The notes below the pieces were generated by a model, which was not told the DNA's origin, searched no databases, and saw only the letters and a list, made by a program, of their open reading frames with translations. Of a stretch of DNA of 64,000 bases, positions 12,956 to 25,329 are shown piece after piece (position 1 is the first letter of the stretch; every line of letters starts with the position of its first letter). The stretch covers positions 31,000,001-31,064,000 of the forward strand of contig OX597834.1 of NCBI GenBank assembly GCA_951406725.2, read 5' to 3'. This DNA comes from Octopus vulgaris (Eukaryota). The translations under genes were made by a program, and so were the position numbers.

Positions 12956-13888
12956 GAGAGGAATAATAGGATTCGAGACAAATTCAAGAGAGCTTGATGT
13001 TAGGCCTCTATTGGTTAGCTCAGATCATGTTGCATTATTGCTGCAGAAGTGACATCAGTTCTACAGCCCCATCCATAATGATCATCCAGCCACAATTTTT
13101 AACCTAGTGCCATCAAATCTGGTTGCTTCCTCATAAAAACTGCTGTTGTTAATGTATTAATACTCCACTGTACAACCACTGAGCTAGTAACCAGTGGCAA
13201 CATCCCACCCCTACAGTGTGTGGTATCAAATGCAGTGAGCTGATGTTGCTGAATGCACTAGACCTCAGCTTGCAGGCATTGTGGCAACAGCTCCCAGTCA
13301 ACAATCTGGCTGAGTATATGGGGCTAAGAATAAAGAAAAGAACAGGGATCACTTCTGCAGCAATAACATTTAGTGTCCTCAGCTGATCTATTGAGGCCTA
13401 ACATCTAAGGGCCATCTTGAATTTGTCTCAAACACTGATACTCTTCTCTAGATATTTGATGAAATGGTTTCAGCCTATGAGCCTACAGAGGAGAAGGATG
13501 ATATGAGAAGAGAAAGTAAACAACAGTTATACAAATGAGAAATTTGTTTTATTTTATTACTTATTATGCTGGAATAAATATAGGTGTTGAAATTGTAGTG
13601 ATATTCAGTTGACAGCTGATGAAGGGATTAGACATGTATATGTCCATCTATATGATTGTATTTTTTGTGTTTCCTTGAAATTTTTTTCTTGTCCCTATGT
13701 GTCACCTTTATCCTATATTTATGTGTGTGTGTGTGTGTATGTGTGTGTGTGCGTGTGATTGTTATTATGTACACTGTAACACCAGAAACAAATTAAAACA
13801 ACTCATTATCTTGTGTACAGTAAACATTTGATATGAAGTGTTAGAGTTCAAACAGCTTTTTCGTGTATGTCTCTGTGTGTGTATCTCA

Positions 13889-13922
<34 letters not shown>

Positions 13923-14742
13923 GTGTGTATGTAAATATATATAAATATATATGTATGTATCTCTCTCTCTCTCCCTCTTTATATATATATGTGTGTGTGT
14001 ATGTATATGTATATGCACAGTGTCCCCTATATATATGTGTGTGTTTACAGAGTTGCGTACCTGTGTACTGTGAAGCGAGTGTATATCTATGTTAGCGTAT
14101 ATATGTAGAAGAGAGAGACCGACAGACAGAGAAAGAGAGAGACCGATTCTATAATAAAGCATAAAATCTGTCTCTCTCGCTCCCGCTCTCTCTTCTAAGC
14201 ATACCCAAGCTAATCATAGCTTAATGTCAGTTTATAATCTGTCTAGTGCATTAATGGTAAATAATAATGTTTTAATCTGCGATCCTGTATAATCTCTTAA
14301 GAGTTTTTACGGTGTTTTTTTTTCTTTTAACTCTTTCTTTTTTTTGCTTACTTTGAAGTAATTCACTGTTTCAAAGTGAATTCCATCACTAAACGCCTGT
14401 CGTCTGCCGCTTCCTTTTAAGCATTTATTTATTTACTTACCAAGACGAACTCACTGTTTTTCTTTCTGTCTCTCTGTCTTTCTGTTTGTCCGTCTATCTG
14501 CCCGTCTGCTTGTTTCCCTGTCTTTCTGTCTCTTTGTCTGTCTGTCTGCCTGGTCAGTCTGTCTTCCTCTCTGCCTTTCTATGTCTGCCCGACTGTCTGC
14601 CTGCCTGTTTCCGTGTCTCTCCGTCTGCATGTCTGATCGACTGTGCGTGTGTCTGTGTGTCTGAGTCTGTGTTTGACTGTATTTGTGTGTGTGTGTGTTT
14701 CTGTCTCTAGTCCCCTCTCTTGTTCTTTTTCATTCTCTCTCA

Positions 14743-14806
<64 letters not shown>

Positions 14807-15244
14807 CTATCCCTCATCTCTCTTTTCCCTTTCTCTCTCATCCTCTCTATCTATTTGTCTGTCCATTTATTCCTTACATTTATCGTCCAGACACGATTCA
14901 ATGTAGTTCTAGACTGTGGTTTGTGTTAGGAAGGGCATCCAACTGGAGAAACCGTACCAAAGCAGACACTGGATCTTGGTCCAGTCCTCTGGCTTGCCAG
15001 CTCTGGGATCTTTTCCTTTTGAACGGCAGTTTTCAACACAATTTCTAGTTAACTAAACACTTTAAAACTTCGTATACTGGTAGAATGTGTAAAAAAAACC
15101 CCATTTTTTTTTCTTGGCTTTCTTGAGAAAATTGTAATTTGTTTGTTTAACGTAGTTTAATTTTTCGAATTTTAACCAATGAATCGCCTCTATTGAGCTA
15201 AAATCATTTGCTCCGTCTAAAACTGAGACAACAGGTAATAACTG

Positions 15245-15522
15245 AGCCCTTTGGCATTACGTTGTGCTTGAGAAGAAGACCCATCAAACTGAACAAAATA
15301 ACAGTTGTGGAAGATACTGGTGTCACACAAATGGCACCCATGCCAGTGGCATGTAAAGGCACCCATTACACTCTTGGAGTGGTTGGCATTAGGAAGGGCA
15401 TCCAGCCATAAAAACCATGCCAAATCAGACTGAAGTCTGGTGCAGCCTTCCAGCCTTGCCAGCCCCATTCAAACTGTCCAACCCATGCCAGCATGGACAA
15501 CGGACGTGAAATGATGATGATG
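15245..15522 (+). mobile_element. RTE LINE 3' UTR/tail fragment
   Basis: ..ggagtggttggcattaggaagggcatccagc..ccaacccatgccagcatgga..(atg)n, the same tail as follows the RTE ORF at 18030-19235. Confidence 0.75.
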
Positions 15523-15561
15523 ATATATATATATATATATATATAGTATATATATATACAG

Positions 15562-15596
<35 letters not shown>

Positions 15597-15597
<1 letters not shown>

Positions 15598-15833
15598 GTT
15601 AATCCAAACAAGAAAGCACAAAAAAACACAACAACGCGAGGACGTGGAACAAATATAGTATTATTGGACGCTCAGGAAAGAAGGAAAGGAGGAGGGTTTA
15701 ACGTTTTGAGCGGAGCTCTTCGTCGGAAACATAGGAGAAGGAAAGATCCAGAGAAGGGAAGATGGAGGAAAAAAAATCGCCAACGGTACACATGAGGTCA
15801 CATTTTGAAAGACCGGAAGGAAAAGGTTGGGAG

Positions 15834-15834
<1 letters not shown>
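15597..15834 (-). mobile_element. (TA)n-flanked PLE pLTR-like element with a degenerate minimal hammerhead
   Basis: Flanked by (TA)n. It contains gttt-CCGACGA-a-gagc-tcc-gctc-AAAACGTT-aaac, and a truncated copy of its end lies at 62589-62656. Confidence 0.55.
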
Positions 15835-15864
<30 letters not shown>

Positions 15865-16708
15865 ATGTATGTATGTATATAGATAGATACACACATCTCC
15901 ATACGTATAAACAACCATGTACAGCATATACAAATTGTCATACATGCAATCATATATGCAAACACACATCCATTTATACACACAAACACATACGCACAAA
16001 CACATACACACATATACAAATATGCACACAGATATATGCATATACGATACATATACCTGCAAATATAAATGAACCTATGGGACACACATAGACATTTACA
16101 CATACAGACATACATATATTGAGACATGCATACATACATACACATAAACACACACACATCGACATTTACACATACAGACATACATGTATTGATACATGCA
16201 TACACACATACACATAAACACACACACACATCTATGCATATATACTCCCAACTATTCATATACATATATACACCATGCACACACACACACACCATACACA
16301 CGCATACACATACACATATATATATATGTACACACACACACACATGCCATGGATCAATATCCCTCTGATAGTTTGGAATGTCATGCATACCCCGTCAAAG
16401 AGGTTTATTCAAACAAGGAAGATCTAGGGGGCAAGTAGAGGTGGGGGCGAGGTGGTGAGAGTGGTGGGTGTGGACGAGGACTGAGGGCCACTTGAGTGTA
16501 TGAGAGGGTGAAGCTGTGGCGATGGTGGTGGTGGTGGTGTTGGTGGGGTCCAGATAAGTGTGTGAGGTGCAGGGGGGAAAGAGTTTTAGGGAGCAGTACC
16601 TTAAAAAGCCTCCATACTGTTCCGATTGTTGCAACATACAAGGCTGACCCAAGCCTCGTGAATAGATTTGGTAGACAGAAACTGAAAGGAGCCTGTTGTA
16701 CACACACA

Positions 16709-16761
<53 letters not shown>

Positions 16762-17952
16762 TTCTTTATTACCCACAAGGGGCTAAACATAGAGGGGACA
16801 AACAAGGACAGACAAAGGGATTAAGTCGATTACATCAACCCCAGTGCGAAACTGGTACTTTATTTATCGACCTCGAAAGGATGAAAGGCAAAGTCTACCT
16901 CGGTGGAATTTGAACTCAGAACATAACGTCAGACGAAATACCGCTAAGCATAGTTTAACGTCCGCTTTCCATGCTGGCATGGGTGGAACGGTACCACAAG
17001 AGCCAGTTTTTTATGGTTGGATGCCCTTACTTCCTAACACCAACCCCTTAGGAGTGTGGATTTAGTGCTTTTTATAAGGCACAAGTACAGGTGAGATCAG
17101 TTTTGGCAAGGTTTTTACAGCTGGATGCAATTCAGCAAAAGAAACTGATAGAATAAGAACCAGGGTTAAAAACAAAAATAAGGCCTGGGGTTGATCTGTT
17201 CAACTAAAACCCCTCAAGGCCTTTTACATTCTGACTCTAAATTTTTCCTTTCATCCTTCTGCAATTGATAAAATGAAGAACCAGTCAAGTGTTGGGTTCA
17301 GTGGAATCAATTGATCCCTTTCCCTCAAAAGTTCTGGCCTTGTGCCACAATTAGGAAACCATTATCATTAGGGTGCTGGCATTGGTAACCGTTAGGGGCA
17401 TCGGACAAACTGCCTAGGGTTATTTGCATTGCTTTTTGTTACTCGCCACAAATATCTGTGTGTTTGTGTGTGTGTGTATGTGTGTTTGTGTGTGTACGTG
17501 TGTGTGTGTGAGTGTGTGTGTGTATGTGTGAGTGTGTGTGTGAGAGTGTGTGTGTGTATGTGTGTGAGTGTGTGTGTGTATGTGTGTGTGAGTGTTTGTG
17601 TATATGTGTGTGTGAGTGTGTGTACATGTACGTGTGTGTATGAGTATGTGTGTGTATGTGTGAGTGTGCGTGAGTGTGTGTGTGTGTGTGTGTGTATGTG
17701 TGTGTATCCTTGTCTAGACAACATGATAGTTGTAAATAAGCATCATTGTCATGCAAGCGGGGTTGTTCAGTTCCAGTCCTCCATGTAAAAGATCTCTGAC
17801 TGTGGGGAAAGTGTTACCTCACTTAAAAGCAGGAGGTGAGCGTTAATGAGAAGAAGGGTATCCAGGCATAGAAAATCTGTCCCAATAAACTCCCTGTGAC
17901 CCATGGAAAAGTGGTTGTTAAATGATGATAATGATGATGATGATGATATATA

Positions 17953-18027
17953 TAACCCTAATCCTAACCCTAACCCTAACCCTAACCGTAAACCATAAAC
18001 CCTAACCCTAACCCTAACCTTAACCTA
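17953..18027 (-). repeat. Interstitial telomeric (TTAGGG)n tract, ~12 partly degenerate units
   Basis: (taaccc)n on the + strand. Confidence 0.9.
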
Positions 18028-18029
18028 TA

Positions 18030-19236
18030 CTGAAAATGTGCAGAGAACAACTTCTGTCACATGCTAGGGGGGAAAACTAGAAGTAGTTGGTAGCTTCTGT
18101 TACCTTGGTGACCAAGTCAGTAGCAGGGTGGATGCTCTGAGATCGTAGCTGCTAGAATAAGAAGAGTCTGGGCAAAGTTCAGAGAGCTCCTACCTCTGCG
18201 GGTTACAAAAAGCTTCTCACTCAGAATGAAGGGTAGACTGTATGATGCATGTGTGCAAACAGCCATGCTATACAACACTGAAACATGGGCTGTGACGGCT
18301 GAGGTCATGCGTAAGCTTGCAAGAAATGAAGCTAGTATGCTCCACTGGATATTTAATGTCAGTGTGCATACACAACAAAGTGTAAGCGCCCCGAGAGAAA
18401 AGTTGGACATAAGAAGCATCAGATGTGGTGTGCAAGAGAGACAACTGTGCTGGTATGGTCATGTGATGCATATGGATGAGGACAGCTGTGTGGAAAAGTA
18501 TCACACCCTAACAGTGGAGGGAACCTGAGGAAGAGGTCGACCCAGGAAGACCTGGGATGAGGTGGTGAAGTTTGACTTTCGAATGTTGGGCCACACAGAA
18601 GCAATGACAAGTGACCAAGACCTTTGGAGATATGCTTTGCTTGAGCAGACCTGGCAAGCCAAGTGAAACTGTAATTGTGGCCTATGCTGGTGTCGCATAA
18701 CCGGCCCATTTAAGAGTACTCTTCAATCATTGGGCAATAAACTGTGCTTAAGAAGACCTGTTGAGTCAAGTGACGTACCGCCTGACTGGCACCTGTGTTG
18801 GTTGGACATAAAAAGCACCATTCAAGCATTGTCGATGCCACACCCACCAGACTGGCTCCCTTTCTGGTGGTATGTAAAATGCACCATATGAATGTGTTTG
18901 ATGCCAGTGTCGCCTGGCTGGGCCCATGCCAGTGGCACATAAAAAGCACTATTTGAGCATGGTTGTTGTCAGTGCCGCCTGACTGGCTCCTGTGCCGGTA
19001 GCATGTAAAATGCACCATTCAAGCGTGGTTGACCCCAGTACCGCTTGACTGGCTCTTGTGCCGGTGGCATGTAGAAAGCACCCACTACACTCTCAGAGTG
19101 GTTGGCATTAGGAAGGGCATCCAGCTGTAGAAATCTTGCTAGATCAGATTGGAGCTTGGTGCAGTCTTCTGGCTTGTCAAACTGTCAACCCATGCCAGCA
19201 TGGAAAGCAGACATTAAGCAATGATGATGATGATGA
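18030..19236 (+). pseudogene. 5'-truncated RTE LINE (RT C-terminus, 3' UTR with tandem repeats, (ATG)n tail)
   Basis: FCYLGD..KGRLYDACVQTAMLYNTETW..RQLCWYGHVMHMD..VEGT*GRGRPRKTW are typical RTE C-terminal motifs. It has stops. Confidence 0.9.
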
Positions 19237-19576
19237 TATGTATATATGTACATATATGTGTGTTTATATATGTAGAGAGAGAGAGAGAGAGATGGGGAGG
19301 GAGAGAGATAGAGAGGAAGAGAGAGACCCAGTGTATTATCTCATAATTTACATTGTTTCATTACATTACAACCACACATCATCAAGCACGACAACAACAA
19401 CAATAACGACAACAATTCATACATACCTTACAATAAAAATAAAAATAATGGATCATTGCATCATAATAAAGAAACAAGTGTGTTGTACAGATTATGTTTA
19501 TTCTTTAAGTAATTAATCTAAATTCAGGCTGTTTGTAATTATTGAGGTACAAGGCTGGGTTGTGAGTGCATGCGTG

Positions 19577-19617
<41 letters not shown>

Positions 19618-19831
19618 AGGTGATCGCTTTTTGCTGGCTTGCTTTTGATGTCGTCGGGAGTTACCTGTGTGAGGTAATAATCACCTATTTTCCTCTCAAC
19701 TGACAATACTCCTCTTCCATACACACACACACACACACATGTGCATGCAAAATACTACAACAAAATACATGTACTTATGTACTTCGTGTAAGAAGATCAA
19801 GACAGCTATCCCCCTCTTCCTCCTTATATCA

Positions 19832-20160
19832 CCTTTAACGTCTGTTGTCTATGCTGGCATGGGTTGGACAGTTTGACCGGGGCTGGTAAACTGAGGGGCT
19901 GCTCCAGACTCCATTTGGATTTGGCATGGTCTTCTATGGCTGGATGTCCTTCCTAGCACCAACTATTCTCAGGGTGTAATGGTTGTTTTTACGTGCCACT
20001 GGCACAGGTGCTAGTTGCATGACACCAGTATCTGTCATGACTACGATTCCACGTGGCTTGGGTCTTCTTCTCAAGCACAGCATAATGTCAAAGCTCTTGG
20101 TCACCTGTGATTGCCTCCATGAGGCCCAACGCTTGAAAGGTGCTTTTTGCATGACAGCAA
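19832..20160 (-). mobile_element. RTE 3' tail fragment
   Basis: Reverse complement of the RTE tail. Confidence 0.7.
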
Positions 20161-20654
20161 CATCGGCCCCATTACCTAGTGGAATTTGAACTCAGAACAT
20201 TAAGATGGACATAATGCTGCTGAGCATCTTGCCCAGTGTGCTAACAGTTCTGCCAGCTCACTGCCTGTCTGAAAAGAGTTGACCAGTGTTGTTGGGTGAA
20301 TAAAATGCCCCTCTCAGACACTGGCTTGGCTTGAGTGACCAAGGTTGGGTTGCCTAGAAGAGGGAAATATATACACATACAGATAGTAACCCCACTCCTA
20401 CCCCCAGGATCAAATGAACCCTTACCACCAGTAATAAGATAATTGTTTTGGCACTGTTTTTTGGATGTGGATTCTTTGGCATGGCTGGCTGACTGACTGG
20501 ACATTCAGTCTGTTTTAGCTAAAGTACTTTTCGGCACTGGACGGATGCAAACACACACACACAAGGATATATACACATACAGATAAAAAGATTGAAAGTC
20601 AGCAGGAGAGAGAGTGAGAGATGGGGAGAATGAACAAGATGTTGAAATGTCTAA

Positions 20655-21050
20655 TCTTTATATATAAAAGTGAGGTTGTGTGTTGTCTGTCTCCTATGAT
20701 TTAGATTCCTAACTACTCCCACATTTTGCGGTGCAGTTTAACCAAAACTGGGTATCTTATAGTCGTGATTCATATCGAGCCCTTCTGGGTATTAGCGCAC
20801 GTCTACGATGAGTCTACGATTTAAAAAAAAATTTACCATCAATTTTTCCCATTTTTAATGCATTTTTGGCATATATAAGGGAAGTAACTCTCTAAAAATT
20901 TATTATAAAATCTCAGAACGTAAAAAGCTACAGTAACCACCCCCCTTTGTGGTTAGCCATATTGAGATGGCTATTATACTTTACATCTCTAAAAATGCTT
21001 ATATAGTTATTTCCCTTACAAACCCGAGCAACGCTGGGCGATACTGCTAG
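20655..21050 (+). mobile_element. Non-autonomous Helitron
   Basis: 5' A|TCTTTATATATAAAAG, subterminal hairpin cccgagcaacgctggg, 3' CTAG|T, no TSD. Homologous to the copies at 61625 and 62662. Confidence 0.9.
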
Positions 21051-21704
21051 TTCCAAATAATTGAATTAGTGATGCCAAAATGGTTGTGCCACAATGCTTT
21101 GCACCCTGTCCCATTCCCAGGATACAACACCGACAGCATGTCCAAGTATTGCTTCTGTAGATGTATGCCTGTTGAACTTGCCTGCTGATATGGAGATCCT
21201 CATCTTTTAGGAAATCAGGGCCTCGTTATCAGAATGCAATAGGAGTGCAGTGAGGCTCCCTTGGCATTTTGAACCTGCATCATCAGATTTCTCAGCTCAG
21301 GATCATGACCTGCCACACCTCCATAAAAAGCAAGGTCAGTTATGAAAAATTCATTGTCACCGTAATCCCAAAATGCCAAAACAATGTAGCTTGGCCAATC
21401 AAATCAGCTGCTCTATAACCAAATGAGCTGAGATCTTCTTGCCATATAGTTTGGTCAAACCTTCTCGAAAAACTCCATTGCAATACTTTTTTTTATATGT
21501 TTTGTAGTGAAAATTAATATTTATTCCATTTGATATCCCTTGGATGTTGTATTTATTCAACCATTGTCTCTTTGGTCTCACCCTTATTTATGTTTTTATA
21601 TTCTTATTTTTTGCTCACATACCCTATAAGGTTTGTACAATGACAAACTAAGAAGCTTTTTCATGAGTACAGCCAGATTACTTGAGTTGTGACTTATACA
21701 TGCA

Positions 21705-22096
21705 TGGTGGCTGCCCCCTCGTTATCGAGTATGGCCATTGCACGAAGCTTAATCAATATTGTTATCGTGCAATGCCTGTGCAAGAAGATTTTTTTTTAAA
21801 GTGAGGAAAGGCTGTGCACTGAGTCAATCCCACTCACTAAGCAACAGCAGCCATAATCCGAAAAAAGTCAACATCATCGGTAACCACTGAGCAGCAGGTT
21901 TTATGTCGGAGTTATCCCAGTTACCTGAGTTTCCTTCTCCTAGAAGGATGCCCAAACAAAGGCTAGGAGTCCTTCACTTCCAATGGTTTAACCACGCGAT
22001 CAGGTATTCAGTCCGATTATTTCTATGTCCCTGCGCATGATACAGCCTTAAGACATTTATTGGATGGCCGTTGACTCTCAAGAGTTCCTCCGCCCT
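21705..22096 (-). mobile_element. RTE 5'-UTR-derived short element (possibly bipartite and non-autonomous)
   Basis: Minus strand ctcctagcctttgtttgggcatccttctaggagaaggaaactc resembles the conserved RTE 5'-UTR motif AGCCTTGG..GGCAACC..TCTAGGAGAAGGAAAACTC. Confidence 0.55.
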
Positions 22097-22117
22097 ATAC
22101 ATACATACATACATACA

Positions 22118-22151
<34 letters not shown>

Positions 22152-22244
22152 ATATACATATGTACATACGTATATGTAGATATATGTGTATGGGTATATA
22201 TGTATGTCTGTAGATAGATAGGTATATGTACATATACATGTACA

Positions 22245-22293
<49 letters not shown>

Positions 22294-22599
22294 ATATGCA
22301 CAGAATTTATACACACACACACAAATGAGATGAAGAAAGACATGATCCAAAATATTAAACAATAGGAAAGATTGATATCACAGTTATGGAGGCTGTGATA
22401 AACCGCTGGCTGCTGATATTTTTTCCCTATTTTTTGTCTTCCCCCCCCCCCCCGACCAGCCCTCCCCCATCTGTTATTACCGTACGTTTTCCTTCCTTCC
22501 TTCCTTCCTTTCTTGTTTATCTTTTATTCTTTGTTTTTATTGCTGCCACTCAGTGAAACGAAGCTTTTCACATGCTCGATCATGAAGACTCGCTTAAAA

Positions 22600-22680
22600 A
22601 CTTACTTGTCGCCAGGACCGGCACGTGACTGCTGGCTCTGACGTCATCACAGACTCACCGGGCAGCTCTGTGTCGGAGTT
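22600..22680. promoter_or_regulatory. Candidate cis-regulatory module: E-box (GCACGTGAC) plus full CRE (TGACGTCA)
   Basis: CACGTG at 22622-22627 and TGACGTCA at 22639-22646, in a CpG-retaining unique island between simple repeats. Confidence 0.35.
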
Positions 22681-23540
22681 TGTTTGGGTGTTTGGATTAT
22701 TACAGGTGGTGATGTTGTTGTTATTGTTAGTGGTGGTGGTGGTGGGGGTGGTCATGGTGAGGATGGCTGTGGTGGTGGTGGTAGTTGCTGTTGTTGTTGT
22801 TGGTGGTGATGTTGATGAGAGAGGAGGTGTTGATGTTGATGGTGGTAGTGATGTTGCTTATAGGGGAAGTGTTGGTGTTGATGGCAGTGGTTGGTTGTGG
22901 TGGTGGTGGTAGTGGTGGTACTGGTATGGTGGTTGGGATGGGGGCGATGGTGGAGGTAGTGATGGTTGTAGTGGTGGCACTGACTGTGTTGGTACGGTGG
23001 TTGGGGATGGGGTTGCTGGTTGTAATTGGTGGTAGCAGTGATGGTAGTGGTGGTGGTATTGAGGGTTGGTTGTGGTGGTAGTAATGGTGGTGGTGGTGAT
23101 GGTGGTGGTTATGGTAGTTGTGGTTAATTGATTGTGGTGATGGTAGCGGTTGTTGTTGTTGTTGTTGTGGTGATGGTGGTAGTGGCGGCGGCGGTGGTGG
23201 TGGAGGAGGTAGTTGGTTGTTTATAGTGAATGTGGGGTCAGAAGGTGGGTGTGTCTTCTCTCTCATTTGCTCTTCCTCCCTCTCTCTCTCTCCCTCTCTT
23301 CCTCCCTCTCTCTTCCTTTCTGTTACAAATTACACACATGTGGTTTTCTTTTTAGCAATCCTCAAGTGTTTATAAGTAGTTTGTCTGTCTATCAGCCTGC
23401 CTATCTGTCTATCTACTTTTCTGTCTGTCTGTGTGTATGTATGTATTTCTGTACTTGTGTGTGTGTGTACACACATGTTTGTATATAAATATATTGCAAT
23501 ATATAAACATCTTCCCAAATAAAGTGTATTACATATTAAA

Positions 23541-23620
23541 GGCTCTGATGAAGCTTTCAGTGTTTTTCAGGCACTCAACTACGAGTCCACTGCATTGTAT
23601 AGCAGAAACGCCAGTAAGCT
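23541..23620 (+). ncRNA. Type I hammerhead ribozyme motif with extended helix II
   Basis: ggct-CTGATGA-a-gct..cagtg..cactg..agc-a-GAAAC-gcca-GTA-agct. Helix I is ggct/agct. Confidence 0.6.
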
Positions 23621-24591
23621 AATGCACTTCATAAGATAATCATTTATTCCTTTGTCACTTCTTTTCTTATACACACACACATAAATATATATAAATTATA
23701 TTGGGCCTCAGGGAGGCAAAGTGGGCGAGTTCTTTTTGAGTTTTGAGCCTCATTGAGGCAATGACCAACACTCTTGGCATTATGAACACACACGCACAAA
23801 TGATTGCAGAAGTTTTCTTTTTATAGCAAGGCAATATTCTTTTATTCTTTTACTTGTTTCAGTCATTTTGACTGCGACCATGCTGGAGCACTACCTTAGC
23901 AGTTTTTTTAGTTAAAGAAACTGACCCCAGGACTTATTCTTTGTAAACATAGTACTTATTCTATCGGTCTCTTTTGCTGAACTGCTATGTCATGTGAACA
24001 TAAACACACCAACATCGGTTCTCAAGCGATGGTGGGGAGATACACAGCTGAATAAAGAAGTGTCAAGTTCTAATTATGAAGGGTACCTGTGGAAGGAGTA
24101 GACCCAGGAAGACATGGGGCAAAACGGTGAGCATGGGTTGGACGATTTGACTGAGGTCTGGCGAACCAGATGGCTGCACCAGGCTCCAATCTGATCTGGC
24201 AGAGTTTCTACGGCTGGGTGCCCTTCTTAATGCCAACCACTCCGAGAGTGTAGTGGGTGCTTTTTACGTGCCACCGGCACGAGGGGCAGCTTCAGTAAAA
24301 TCCAGTTGACCCATGTGAGCATAGAAAAGTGAGTGTTAAATGACCATGCTAATAACTGTAAGTGCTGTGTTAATGAATATTTAATTGACAATCTAGAAAA
24401 GCTGTGGTCTGCAAACAAAGAAAGTAATCTACAGTCACAGGAATGAGTGTGTTCCAAGAAACTTGCTTCCCAACCACATGGTTCTGGGTTCAGTCCTACC
24501 TTGGGCAAGTGCCTTCTACTATAGCCTCAGGCTGACCAAAGCCTTGTGAGTGGATTTGGTAGATGGAAACCAAAAGAAGCCAGTCATATAC

Positions 24592-24672
<81 letters not shown>

Positions 24673-24789
24673 TCCACCATCATCGCTTGACAACTGATGT
24701 TGGTGTACTTACGTCCCTGTTTGCACCTTTATGAAAAACAAAAAGGGTTCTTCAGCAGTTAAAATGGTTGGTGGGTGGGGTTATTCTGT

Positions 24790-25300
24790 ACTGTCCTAAG
24801 ACAATCCTGGAATTTATTCACTGCTCTCTCAAGGTGTGGGCATATTGGGTCATTTCTCAAGGGATACATGAGTCTAGGGATCTTATGATAATCTGTGACT
24901 TGCTGTCAATATATGCTATAAGGCCTCAATGCATTGTTTGTTTGAGGGCTAATGAAGGTGTTAAAATCATCTTGAGGTTTATTTAGTGCCATCTCAAGAC
25001 ATGGGCACATCTATGCTATGCCCCACTGTCAATAAATAAAATCTGTTAGATCCTGGTGCATTGTTCTGCTTAAGGACCTATAAAGATGTTAAGACTGTCT
25101 TAAGGTTTTATTCACTGTCATGTTAAGGCAAGGACACATTGTGCTTTTGGTTGGGACCTCATGGGTTTAAAGGCTCCATACTAATCTAAGTATGCTGTGC
25201 CCTGCTATCAATAAGTATATACTACAGGGCTTCTGTACATTGCTCTGTATAAGGACCAACGAAGATGTTAAGATAGTTTTAGGGTTTATTCACTGTCTTC
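24790..25300. repeat. Four degenerate tandem units (~130-180 bp)
   Basis: 'gttaaga..tctt.agggtttattcactg.c.tctcaagg' recurs at ~24795, ~24960, ~25088 and ~25267. Confidence 0.65.
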
Positions 25301-25329
25301 TCTTTCTTTCTTTGTATGAGGTAATTTCC

